Positions 49,086-61,500 of a stretch of 64,000 nt of DNA are shown in pieces. The notes below the pieces were generated by a model. That model was not told where the DNA came from. It did not search any database and saw only the letters and a list, made by a program, of their open reading frames with translations. The DNA comes from Podarcis liolepis (taxonomy: Eukaryota), in NCBI GenBank assembly GCA_965112155.1, contig OZ218099.1; one strand, given 5' to 3'. Made by a program: the position numbers and the translations under genes. Position 1 is the first letter of the stretch, and every line of letters starts with the position of its first letter.

Positions 49086-52000
49086 CCTCCCCCCCGGTGT
49101 ACCCCAAAGTGTGCTTGTTACACTTGTACTCTCTCTCCTACACCTCTTACGTGTTTCCCCATTTTCTTTCCTTTAATAATGATGATTATGACAATAATAA
49201 TATAATTTATTATTTACACCCCGCCCATCTGGCTGGGTTTCCCCAACTCCCAACAGAATATTAAAAACACGATAAAACATCAAACATTAAAAACTTCCCT
49301 AAACAGGGCTGCCTTCAGATGTCTTCTAAAAGTCAGATAATTGTTTATTTCCTTGACATCTGAAGGGAGGGCATTCCACAGGGCTGGTGCCACTACCGAG
49401 AAGGCCCTCTGCCTGCTTCCTTGTAACCTCACTTCTCGCTGGGAGGGAACTGTCACAAGGCCCTCAGCGCCAGACCTTGGTGTCTGGGCTGAACAATGGG
49501 GGGTGGAGACACTCCTTCAGGTATACCAAGCCGAGGCCTTTTAGGGCTTGAAAGGTCAACACCAACACTTTGAATTGGGCTCAGAAACGTACCTATTTAT
49601 TTGTATTTATTGCATTTGTTTACTGCCCTTTGCTTGCAAATCTGAAGGCGGTCCACAACATAAAAATGCAAGATAACAAACACAAATTGCATAATAAAAA
49701 CAAGAATGGAAACAAACTAATAAGCCCCCACACCCCAGCCTCTCTTCTCCAATATCCTCTCCACACCTTACCTTGTCTTATCTTGGCAACTTTTGGCTAA
49801 GCTCAGCAGCACCTGTAATTCCCTCTCTGAAGGACCCTTGGGTGCTGGTTGGCTGCAAGAGAGCGGAGAAACGGGCAAGATTGGGGAGATGGTGTATCTC
49901 AATCCTTGCCAGGGGAGAAACAGACTTTCCACAGTATGAGGAAAGACAGATAGCTGGTTGTCCTTCTAGGGAGGGCTAGATGTGGCTTATTAACCTCCAG
50001 GCATGGGCGTCAACTGGGGCAGGAGAATTTCCAACAATGTGTTAAACTGCCTAGGTTAAACATAGGGCTGTGGGGCATGGGTGGGAAAGCGAGGGCCAGG
50101 TGCAGGCCTCTGCCTTGGCCCTGGGATTCTCGGCCACATCCCCCTGTTCTATCCACATGTGCTTTTGCCTGGCTGGGATGAGCCCATTGCTCTTTGGAAT
50201 ATGCCAATAGCAACACTTTGTATACCTTCCAGATCCTACAAGCTCCTACAAAGCTCCTGTCGATTCAGTCTCTCATCAAGGAGCACAGCCTCCGGGGGAA
50301 GAAGATCCCTGCAGAAGTACCGTATCAAGAAGATGAATTGGATGAAGAGAGCGAGGATGAAATGGATGTGACCACATATGACAAAGAGGCAAGTGCTTGT
50401 TTGTCGCTCACTGAGAAAGTCTCCTGTTGGCAGGGTCCTTTGGTAGACTGGAGCAGTCAGAAAACCTCTTATGGACCCAGCCAAGAATAGACCGTGAAGT
50501 GTCAACTGAGGTTCAAAAATTCTGTGCCCTCATGCAGGAAAGAATTAAAAGCTGTCTGATGCAATGATAGCCAGTTACCGCTAGGCTCCAAAACCTCCTT
50601 TGGATACTTACTTGCCCATTAAAAACTGAGTAGCTATGGTAATGCTTGGATGTCTGGGGCAATTCCTCATCTTGGCTGTTCTGGAAAACCTGGGACTCAG
50701 CTACATTAGTCAAAAACCTGCGTTTTAAATGCGTTATAAACATGCAACACCAGATGGCACTGGAGAGCACAAAACTTTTCTATGCGATTTTACATACAGG
50801 GTTTTTAAAAATTTTGTTAAAGGATTGAATTTATGACTTACAGTGTTTTATTCCTGTGTGTAGCTCCACCCCAGTTGTCATGTTCCTTTCCTCTCTTCTT
50901 TCAGGACCTGTTGCGTGTGGTTGAAGCTGTGCGAGACCTTCTGCTGAAAGAGCGGCAGGAGAAGTTTCAGCTGGAAATGCGTCTCCGCGATGAGATCTGC
51001 AATGAGATGATGGATCTCCTACAGAAGAAGGAGCAGTGGACCAGGTACTGTTGGTGGCAGAGGGCTGTGGAGGCACATCTCCTCCTTTCCAGGATTGGGC
51101 CTTGGCGGTCCATCCCACATCTTGTCTGTTCTTGATATGGCTCTTTCCCTGCCCACCCACTTTCACCTTCCTCTCTGCAGTGAGCATGTGGACATCCAAA
51201 AGGAGATGCTGGAGGACGTTTATGAGGAGAAACTGAACAGTCTGAAGGAGTCACTTACGGACTACTATCAGGAGAAGATTGAGGTGTGTGGGGTGAAAGA
51301 GCTGTGGGAAGGAGGTGCTGGAGGGTTTCCTGAGGGCAGGACATTGCAGTTCCAAACCTTAGCACTGACCTGAAGCAAGGCACCCAGCTTTATTGGCATC
51401 TGCAAAACTGCAGGGCCTCATGACATCTTTTAAAAGATTTAACAAATTTATAATGGCATACGTGTCGTCAAATGTGCGCTCTACGTCCATGGAAGCTTAT
51501 GCCAGGGACACCCCAATGTTTTTGGAACCAGGGGCACATTTGGAAATCTCAGAAACTGTCATGGGCACTAATCAAAAGCCATTTTACATAAAGAAAAAAG
51601 CACACCTGCCAGTTCTCAGAACACCCAAAACACCTACGCCATGCTCCCCAAAACAAATTGAAGACAGGCAAAAGCATGCCATACACCCTAAAATAAGGCC
51701 ACCCCCCACAAAAAAGCCTTTTAAAAGGACAATTGAAGCAATTCAGGAAGAGCAGAGGGTGTTTGGGGGGCTCAGTGAGGGTGTCTGAGGGTTCCATGGT
51801 AGGAAACCCTAGCTTATGACATGGTGATTTCAGTCCACACAGAATAAAGTTTGGGTAAGCAGGAGTGACCTGTGCACAGTTCAGGAACGTTTTCGTATAA
51901 CTGGAGAATGCGGGCGGGGGGGGGGGAGAGAAATGCCTTTCCATATGTGTGTGGAACAGATCTGATCTGTGAAGAGGCTAGCTCCCAAACAGCCTACTGA

Positions 52001-54829
52001 AGGCTTATAAATAAATACGCAAGAGGTTTGTGTGTGTTGCCACCTAAAACCCTTGGAGGAGTGAACTACAAATGTGATTTGATAGGTTCTGTATGCAGGC
52101 GCATTCGTGGAATCCTTTGCACACTTGGCACTGAAACTTTTGGCTCTGCCATGGATTTCTGGGTGTATCAGTCTGCCCAAATGAGAATCTCACAACCCTG
52201 CAGGACAGGGATGGCAACCCATGGCCCTTCCAGATGTTGTTGGGCTCCAATTCTCCAGGGGTGACGGAAGCTGTGGTCCAGTAACAACCAAAGAGTAGTT
52301 GCCGGTTCCCCATGCCTACTACAGGAGATTCTGGGGAAGTTTAATCAGCTTATCTTCTGCTGCTGCTGCTGCTGCTGCTGTTCATTCTCATCTCAAGTTG
52401 GCAGGCTGCATCTTCCCAAACAGAGCCCTTCCTGTAATTTGTCTTGTTTGTCTCCCTCAGAGTCAAGATGAAAAGATAAAAGAGCTGCAGGATGCCTTGC
52501 AAGAAGCAAAGCGGCAACAGCAGCTCCAGGAGAGAAAGGAGGCAGATCCGGAGCAGACTCCTCGCAAATCCAAACGACTGGCAGCAGCAACGCCTGCCCA
52601 GAATCAGGAATTGCTGCAGGTGAAAGCCAAGTTAGAGCAGTGTCAAGCAGAGCTGCAAAGAACTACAGAAGGTGAGGCGTTCTCCCCCTTGTAGTCGCAT
52701 GGGCTCCAAGCAGGTGGTTGTCAAAAGATCAGACTGCGCAGCGTAAGTCTAGTGAACTGCAAGCCGACCTAGCATTTGGGAACCTTGGTTTCTGTGAGTG
52801 AGCTGCCATGAAATGTTAAAGCACACCTAGGATATCTGCCTGACTATTATTAGTGTGGGACCCCTGCTCCTCCTTGAGAGCAGGTCTCCTTTTAAGAAGC
52901 TGTATTATAACAGGTCAGGCCATGGGACCAGTTTCGTCTTTCCCATCCACCGATATATGACTTTTAATGTGGAGGTACCTGGGAGGGAACACGAAAAGCT
53001 TTGCATGCATTCCCCATCTTTATCTCTGAAAAATGGTTGCACGTTGCAAGACGTACAAGGAATGGAGACTTAATATTAAATACAGTGGTACCTTGGGTTA
53101 CATACGCTTCAGGTTACAGACTCCGCTAACCCAGAAATAGTACCTTGGGTTAAGAAATTTGCTTCAGGATGAGAACAGAAATCGTGCTCCAGCGGTGCAG
53201 CAGCAGCAGGAGGCCCCATTAGCTAAAGTGGTGCTTCAGGTTAAGAACAGTTTCAGGTTAAGAACGGACCTCCGGAACGAATTAAGTACGTAACCACAGG
53301 TACCACTATACTTTTTTAATGTGGCAGGTTCCCACCTGACAGAGGTCAAAATTAGAGGGGGGGGAGAATCCAAATAATTGATTTAAGGCCATTTTTGCTT
53401 AATCTTTTAAATGCTGTACCAAAATTCTGCACTTTGATCAAATTATAAATTTCTTTGAGCATGTTTCTTTACAAGACAATTGAAATACTTGAGTTCGTAG
53501 CCCTGAAATAGCAAGGTCTGGGGTGATGAAAGCCAAAGAAGGGGGATAAAGTCCCCTTGACTATTAGGATCCCACCCAGTTGTCATCCTTCTAATGCTCC
53601 CCGCCTCCCCACAAGCATGAGGGCTAGAGACATAATAAAATCAAAGCTGGGATTATCTCATCACAATAGACTGTGATGCAGAGAAGAACCTGGAAAATAT
53701 AGTTCATTCCTATGTTTGTGTTTAGTGCCTCTAGTCTAGCAGTATATTTTCCAAATCTTCACCGTTTCCCATTGTAGGGTAAACTATTTTGCTCTCCTCT
53801 GGCCTGGCCAGACTTCCAAACTGCATTATTGCTATAGGACATGGCCCTGTAGCAGAAGGAAGGGGATTAAAGCGATGCACAACTTCTCTAAAAATAGCAT
53901 TGTCGGGGTTCAAATCTGCCTTGAAACATTGCTCCTTAAACTGAAGAGTGTGGGAAAAGGCCTGGGTAGCCTGGCAGTTCTTGGGTAGTATATTCAGCAT
54001 TACACATTTAAGAATTCAGCTCTTGTATTGAGGACTGGCCAAAATAAATTTAACGGTTGGGCTAAATTGCAATGATCTGTGGTTTGTCCTTAGAGTTGCG
54101 TAAACACCAGAAGATGCTGGAGCCGCCACTTTCCTCAAAGCCCATCACGACAAATGTGGACCGGAAGCTGGAAGAAGGCCAAAAGGTAACTGCCAGACCT
54201 TCCTTTCCTGGCATCTGCCAACCTCCTTCCTTTACCCTGGGCTTGAATGGCACTGTCTCTGAAACCTTCATCTGCTGCCAATGGGTGCATAACTTCTTTT
54301 TCTCCCCAATCACAACTTGCCATTGTATGTAGTTCAGTCTTCCTTAAGGGGCTGGAGGCTGCCTTTTGCTTAAATGTCCTTCCCTCTCTCAGAATGTAAG
54401 GATGCTGAGATCTGAACTGCAGAAACTTGGGGAGTCCCTCCAGTCAGCCGAAAGAGCATGTTGCCACAGCACAGGAGCCGGGAAACTCCGTGAAGCTCTC
54501 TCAAAGTGTGACAACATTCTGGCGAAGCAGGTAGGTGAAGGAGCCTCCCAAATTTCAGCAGCTTACTGGGGGCATGCATGCTCTGCTACACAAGATTTAG
54601 TTTTGTCCATTTTAGTCAGTTTACATTGGTGCCTATAGACTGAACCATAAAAATTTCAGATCCAGCAGCACAACACACACACGTATATCCAAGGAGACCT
54701 TTGATTTGATGGTGGAAAGCCTATGAAATAGATAGATAAATCCTTAGTGTCCTTAAGGTTCTGGGCCTTGATCCATTTTTATCTTGTAAACTGCTCTGAG
54801 ATCTTCAGATGGAGGGTGGTGTATAAATA

Positions 54830-54869
<40 letters not shown>

Positions 54870-55655
54870 ACTACTATTATTTATTTGTACCAAGATTGTG
54901 CTTGAAAGTGCCAGATCTGATGTTTATGTTTTGGTCCATGGAGACAGATGCCGCTGGCTGGGGAGAGGTGGGGGAAATACCATATTAAAAACATTGTGCC
55001 AGTTTTTAAAAAACATTAAACCATTTTCTGGAGTAGTTTGTGCTCACAACCACACTGCATTACACAACAGTAGTGACCATAGAATCAACTCCTCCTCCCT
55101 CAGTTGTCATAGACCAGTCCACAGGATTTGGTGGCTGGGTGAAGCTGTCCCAGAGGGCCCTTGTTAAGGTCCAGGCACCTGTCATCTTCATCTCTCTGTA
55201 ATGTTTCTGAGTCCGTAAGCATTTTCAGAAGTCTTCACATTCAGGGTAATTGGCTGAAATGATTGGCACCTGTCTGACAAGAGGGGAGGCTCCATCTTCA
55301 TAAAACTGAATTTCTCCACTGGCTCTTCCAGGACCAGACTTTGGCCGAGCTGCAGAACAACATGATGCTAGTGAAGATGGATTTGCGGAAGAAAGCAGCC
55401 TGTATTGCAGAGCAATTTCACACCGTGCAGAAGCTCCAAGCAGCACCGACCTCTTGCAGCAAAAAACGGTTTTGTGCCAACAATGAAAATGTGCAGCCCA
55501 GAAGTCAGCCTCCCTTCAAGAAGCCTTTCTTGCACAATTTCCTGACTTGCACAACAGCCATGCCTGCTGTAGCAATAGAGACCCCCTATAGTAGTATCCT
55601 ACGTGCCCGTGGCTCTCCAACATTTAAAGCCACGCCCTTTGGCAAAAAACACTGA
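44422..55655 (+). CDS. KIF20A: KIF20A (MKLP2), kinesin-6 motor, ~892 aa
   Basis: Exons 44422-44562, 44846-44932, 45357-45476, 45799-45937, 46037-46224, 46322-46466, 47181-47381, 47586-47697, 47895-47966, 48420-48563, 48782-48947, 50233-50388 (GC donor), 50905-51044, 51181-51283, 52461-52671, 54094-54185, 54393-54530, 55332-55655 total 2679 nt in frame. P-loop GVTNSGKT, SSRSH, DLAGSER, VPFRDSKLTRVFQ, ERACCHSTGAGKLR, C-terminus PFGKKH*. Confidence 0.96.
44608..44745. mobile_element. Short palindromic hAT-like MITE (relatives at ~10494-10612, 17121-17245, 30956-31081, 45625-45755, 52206-52316)
   Basis: Self-complementary GGGGTAGCCAAT...TTGGACTGCAGCTGCCCATCAGC...GATGGAGCTGTAGACCAAC...ATTGGCTACCTC; the same layout recurs at the listed sites. 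Confidence 0.55.
49035..49080. repeat. (CT)n microsatellite
   Basis: Direct reading. Confidence 0.95.
49176..49590 (-). mobile_element. L2 LINE 3' end
   Basis: Same family as 8176-8472; the minus strand encodes RAFSVVAPALWNALP. Confidence 0.8.
53083..53308. mobile_element. Tigger-like MITE, same family as 41499-41739 in the opposite orientation
   Basis: TA flanks; CAGTGGTACCTTGGGTTA / TAACCACAGGTACCACTA; the interior is the reverse complement of the 41.5-kb copy. Confidence 0.85.
54832..54869. repeat. (TTG)n microsatellite at a LINE-like tail
   Basis: Direct reading. Confidence 0.9.
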
Positions 55656-55912
55656 CTTTTGGGGGGTTGTAGTGTACCTGGGAACAAGCAACCGGTTGAT
55701 AACTTTAATATTTTTCTTCACGTTAATGTGTTGAGGCCTGAGCTAACTAAATCTTTGGCTTCCCAAAGATGGTTACTTACTATGCATGCCCTCCGTTTCA
55801 GGCCAGCTGCTACTCCAGTGTATATGGAACCTGGATTCATATTCCTTATGTTTATCACCTCCAATAGCTTATGTTATGCATGTGAAATGTTTATTATCTA
55901 TGTTAATTGTAT

Positions 55913-55918
55913 AATAAA
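55913..55918 (+). terminator. KIF20A poly(A) signal
   Basis: AATAAA 258 nt after the stop, with TGTA upstream and GT-rich sequence downstream. Confidence 0.7.
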
Positions 55919-58582
55919 TGTACCTTGTGTCTTCTAAAACCTCATGTTTATGTGAACAAGCTCTAATAAGGGAAACCTTTCTGGCATTTGTTTTTAAGTT
56001 TCTTCTATTTGCCTGGTGGACTAGGCTCCACAACCACGAGGCCATAGCTGTTAACTTTTCCCTTTTCTTGCAAGGAATCCTATTCGGAATAAGGGAATTT
56101 CCCTTAAAAAAAGGGAAACGTTGACAGCTATGCACGAGGCTGGTTTTTGAGTCCCTCTGGTAGCCACAGGATGAGACTTCAATGGTTAATTTGCACATGA
56201 TCTCTAATACAGAAAGTATTCAAAATGCAAATCTTTTAATGGAACAGGCAATGTATCCTACTCAGTTGTGCATTTCTGGACAAAGGGAATCTAGCTCCTT
56301 GGGAGTGGGTAGAAGAACAGACTATTTTTTCCAATAGTACTACTCTTAGTATAAATAAAAGTACTTAACTGATGCTATATTGGATTCCCAGCCTTAAGAC
56401 AATTATGAGCAGTGCAAACTATTCCAAACCAACAAGACAGATATAACTACATCTGTTACAAAGTCTGGCCTGCTAATTCTGGTTCTTGACTGAGGGCACA
56501 AATAGAAAGGACTCCTATGTTTTATTAAGGTTGTAGTTTTAAATCATGGCTATAATTCTACAGCAGTGGTGAGAAACTTGTTGCAGGCATCACATACTGA
56601 CATCAGGGCAAGATGTCTACTCTAAAAATACCCGGTTTAAACTGATTCTTAGAGGTGGTAAAGTATTGTAATTTTCCTATATTTAGTCTTCTACAAAGCT
56701 GAAATCAAGGCATATACTATTAGATACTGATAACATACACAGTAGAGCAAATTATGTGTACTACATTTTCTAAAAGCCACTCACCAGGAAATTACCCTAG
56801 AGACTTAACTGTTACTTAGGCAGTGGCACAGCAGGTGTGGTTCTGGAGGGTCAATAATTAAAATTATATATGATTTACACCAAACCTCTATACAATTTTT
56901 ACAACCTATAATACCCTAAATAGGCAGAATCCTTATTTACATGGTGTCTGGGTTTTGTTTTGCATATATTGCAAGTATCGTGCAGATTGGGATGCAGTGG
57001 ATTAATAACTGCATTAACGTGAAAAATGTTAGCCTCCATTATCATTGGTTTTCAGTGCTAAGCAAGGCTATCTAGGATATAAGCTAAGTTAGTACAGTGC
57101 TGGCAGAGCTGAACCAAGATATTTTGCTGCCTAAGCCAAGGTAATTTGGCACACAAGATAGAAAATCCCACAACTGCTTTTCCCCAGGAGTAAAAATACA
57201 TTAAAAATAAATTTATTTACAGTCCTTTCATGGCATCTAAAATCAGCTGTGACACTGCCCAATGGCAGGGGTGGCATTGAATGTTTGAATTTGACGGGAC
57301 AGATCTGGGCCCAAGTTTGTAGCTCACCGACTATGAATCAGTCTCTCTTAGCCTACCCACCACCACCACCAATTGTGATGATAAAATGAGGGCTCTGTAT
57401 GAAACCCTGCCTGCAAGGATCTCTAGATAAGATAAAAATTAACAAAATGTGAGTGGTCTAGCCCCAACATCTGTGCTGTACAACAGAAGTCAAAGTTCTG
57501 TGTTTTACTAACATAAATGACAAGAATGTGTAGTAAAAACAATTTAATAGTGGAAGCAGAATTCAAGCTTGCTTGATACCATTACCTGCTCAACTGTAGA
57601 CAAGTCAAGTTTGCATACCTGAATTCTCATGTCAGCTGAAGAAAATCATACCATTGTTATTCTTTACCACTTAGTTTTTTCTGCTAAGTCACATTGAGAA
57701 TAGATCACAACCATTATTTTGTCATAGGATCATATTCAACAAAACTGCATCCCTGCTTCTAGTTCAAAGAACTAAGCAATAGGTTTTTTTCTACTGAACA
57801 GTTATGTTGTGTTCCTGGGCAACAAAAATATGTGGATGAGTTTTGCCACTCAAATAGTGGTGGATACTTCTAGAGCCCATATATATGGATAAGCTATGTC
57901 AACACTGCACTCTTGTCTTAATGAACACACAGAAGTCCCACCACTTCATTGTTACCAGGCTACACAACACCATCGGCTGCTGCATTAGTAAGGGAAATGA
58001 TGGAATATGAATTACTACATTTTTCACCCATGTCTCTACATTTGTGCTAGACAAACGGCAGTCCCTTTGCTCTCTCCACTGGCTCCTTTTACCAGCCGGC
58101 TAATCTAACACAGCGAATTTGCTCGAAAAATAACTAAAACCAAAAGGACAAGGGACCAACTGCTGCAAGGACATTTTTTCCATCATGAAATAAGAGCGAG
58201 GCAGCACCATTTCTCCTCCAAAAGATAACACACTGGTAGCCAGCAAGACATTACAAGGAATGCCATGAACATGACAGAGAAGCAACTCCAATTGATATCA
58301 ATGGAGGAAAGTGACTTTGGAATCCCTTCTTACACCAAGATGTCACGCTAGAAAGGAGAGGCATAACAGGAGTAGAATGGATTCAGTCACTCACTATGAA
58401 ATATGGTGCCGCCAGCCTTTGATGCCCGCAATGTAACTATCTTCAACAATGAGTTATCAGCCCTTCTAGGAAGGCATCACTGGATACAGAACTCTCCTTA
58501 GAGAGGCAGTATTGGAAGGAAAACCCAGGCTCCAGCTGGATTACATTTGCAGTTCACATCAGCCCAGAGGGGCAGGCACACT

Positions 58583-61500
58583 TTAAGGTGTAATATTGGA
58601 CAAGTTCAGGGGTGACACACGGCGTGTTGGAGTGTTATTGGCAGATAGTGAAGAAGGAAGCAAGAAAGGTGTGGCAATCTCTGTGGACGAGGTCTCCCCT
58701 TGATTTCGTAACTGTAAGATTTGCCGCAAGAGGGCCTTCCCTTCTTCTCTTGTCTGGAAGAGAAATGAAGTTGCATGAGCAAAGAGCAAACACAGTGCAA
58801 TAACTAGAAAGGGGGCACATGGGTGTTCCTGTGCAAAGATCAGCCATTCTGAATTGCATGTCAGATCTAGTGAGCCTTTAGATACTCCAAATCCCTAACT
58901 CTGGGGTGGGGAACATCTGGCCCATGTGCCAAATTTGGCCTGCAAATCTGTTTTCTCTAAACCATGCCCACCTGTCCCATACCCAGTGTCCTATGTGACA
59001 TCAGGTGTGGAGAAGGTAGAGACATGGCTTTGTCAGCTGCACAACCAAGTTTCCCTTTAAGAAAGCTGGCTGTCAAGCATTTGGGAAGTGCTGAACAATG
59101 AAACTTTGACAGGTGAGGTAGGGCAACCCACCTGTCAATCATCTGATATTACGATGCCACCCACCTGTCAAGGTTGGCCCAATGGGGTGGGGAACATCTG
59201 GCCTGCTGTGCCAAAAGGATTCCCCATGCCAAACCAACTCATCAACAGGATTCTAAATACTTTACTTCCTGTTCATGCTTTCTCTTTATCTATTTCATGG
59301 GCAAGCTAACCTGCAGGCCATATAAAGCCCACTAAGATGTTTTTGGGTGACCTGCAAGCACATATCTGCACATTTTCATGTTTTATCCATGTAACTAGCA
59401 ACACATTTCTTACCAGGCAAAAACTACCGTATTTTTTACACCATAACAATCACTTTTTTCCTCCTAGAAAGTAAGGGGAAATGTCTGTGCATGTTATGGA
59501 GGGAATGCCTACGGGTGGCATGCCTACGGATTTTCCTCCTCTAAAAACTACGTGCGTGTTATGGTCGGGTGCGTGTTATAGAGCGAAAAATACGGTAGCT
59601 ACCTCCATTTCCACAAGGAATGAAAACTTTTTAGCAGATTTCTTTACTTGTTTTTCACACAGCTCTTGTCATGATCTGGTGTATTATTGATTGGTTCTAT
59701 TATTAGAGGTAGATGGGTGAGCTCTCTGACAATCCTGAAGGATTTAGATTGTTGTTCTAGAAAAGAGTTGGGCTTTCAGTCTCTCTTTTAGGTTCTTTCA
59801 AAATCCTGTGTATGACTTAACACATGTGTGGCCTCAAACCATTATAGCCATACCCAAGAGGGGTCTCAGTGGTGGCACTGTGGGTAGAAGCAGGAATTGG
59901 ACCCAGTGAAGAAGTCCACAGATGATGTGTTGGGTACTCACGTCATTGAATGCACAGCATTTCTGGGCACAGGCTGAGGCTTCATCCCAGAGTTTACACT
60001 TGAAATAATATTGAGCCAGGTAGCGGAAGGCAGTGCTTACTTCCAGGTGCTCCACTATCTCCTAGAATGGAATAAAGGTATTTATGGTTTGGTTCAGGGT
60101 AAATTCATTTCTTATATCAAGATTTAGTATTAACCTGGGAGAAACTGAGTATTTACAACTTTTTATTTAAAAAATCCAATTTAAATACAATGTTTTTCTT
60201 TTTTAAAAAACAACAACAGCTGTTTTTATCCACTCTGTATATCCTTCACTCTTTCATTCCCAAAATCATTTGGAACTGACTCACCCCACAAGAATAGATA
60301 TCTTGTATGTATTTGATATAGCACTGAGCAGCTTGCTCCGATTCATTCAACTGTTCATGAAGCCTGGGAAAGAAGAAAAAAAGGCAAAAGTGTTCTTGCT
60401 TAAAGGATAAGACCACCACTATAATAGAAGAAGCTACCTCTTGTCCACTATAAGTATTCAATATGTAGTTGATGGGATTATCCTAATAACAAATGACATG
60501 CTTTGGAGTAAGCCTAGGTAGCCTATCAAATGTGAGCTGCATTTATGGGGGGAAAGACATTAAGCAATGTCTTAATCTCTGCGCCTGTCACTCACAGGTA
60601 TTTCCCAGGGGTCATTTTCATCAAGGTAGGCAAACATCCCATTTCCATTCTGTAGCAATTTTAGTTTTATATTTATCTTGATATACATTACAAAATACTT
60701 TTTATACTTAGTTTATGTGTAGCCATTTAATTATTGCCAGTACCTGTATGAACGCACACTGTGTGACGCACCAAGAGCACATGCCGATACCAAGAACTAT
60801 GGAAAAACCACTAGTAGTTATCCAGAATATTGCTGCCATAAAGGTCAAAGATAATCTGGAGTACTTCCCCTAAATAATTTCCTGGGATCACAAGGACTAG
60901 GAGCTATGCAGAAAGACAGGAAACATCCACATCATAAAGTCTGCAGACTAATATTTCAGTCCAAAAGGCAGTGGTCAGATAAGGAGGTTTTGCCAATCTA
61001 TCCAAGAAAAGCAATATAAAACTACTACTTACTTTGCCAGTTTCACCAGTGCCATTTTTTCCACATCTCCAACAGCATAGGCTCTCCAATAACACTGTCA
61101 AGAAAAAAACAACAAATGCAAAACTGTCTAGTCCAGAGTCAGAGGTGATATTGCCTACTATCCTGCCTAGCAGAGATGAATGAAAAGTATGAAGCATATC
61201 AGAAGTAACATAATACAAGACTATAGGAGTGATAACTCCAATAAACCTAGCTCCAAGTTTTGGACAATATTTCCCTCTTTTTTTCTAACAGAGGATGAAG
61301 AAATAATGCCATCTGAAGATCTGATTGCTATTACTACATGGAAGAAAAGTGCAAACAGAATAAAAGCTCAGTTCTGGAAACTGCTCAATTTTTAGCACTT
61401 TCCCCCAGTACCTATGTTCCAGCTACATAACCTACATTCACCAGTCCATTCTCAAGAGGCAATGAATGGACAGAGGCAATTCAATTGTTATGACAAAACA

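Noticed and set aside
60740-60870. H/ACA snoRNA-like hairpin on the CDC23 sense strand
   Set aside because: No ANANNA hinge box and no convincing second hairpin.
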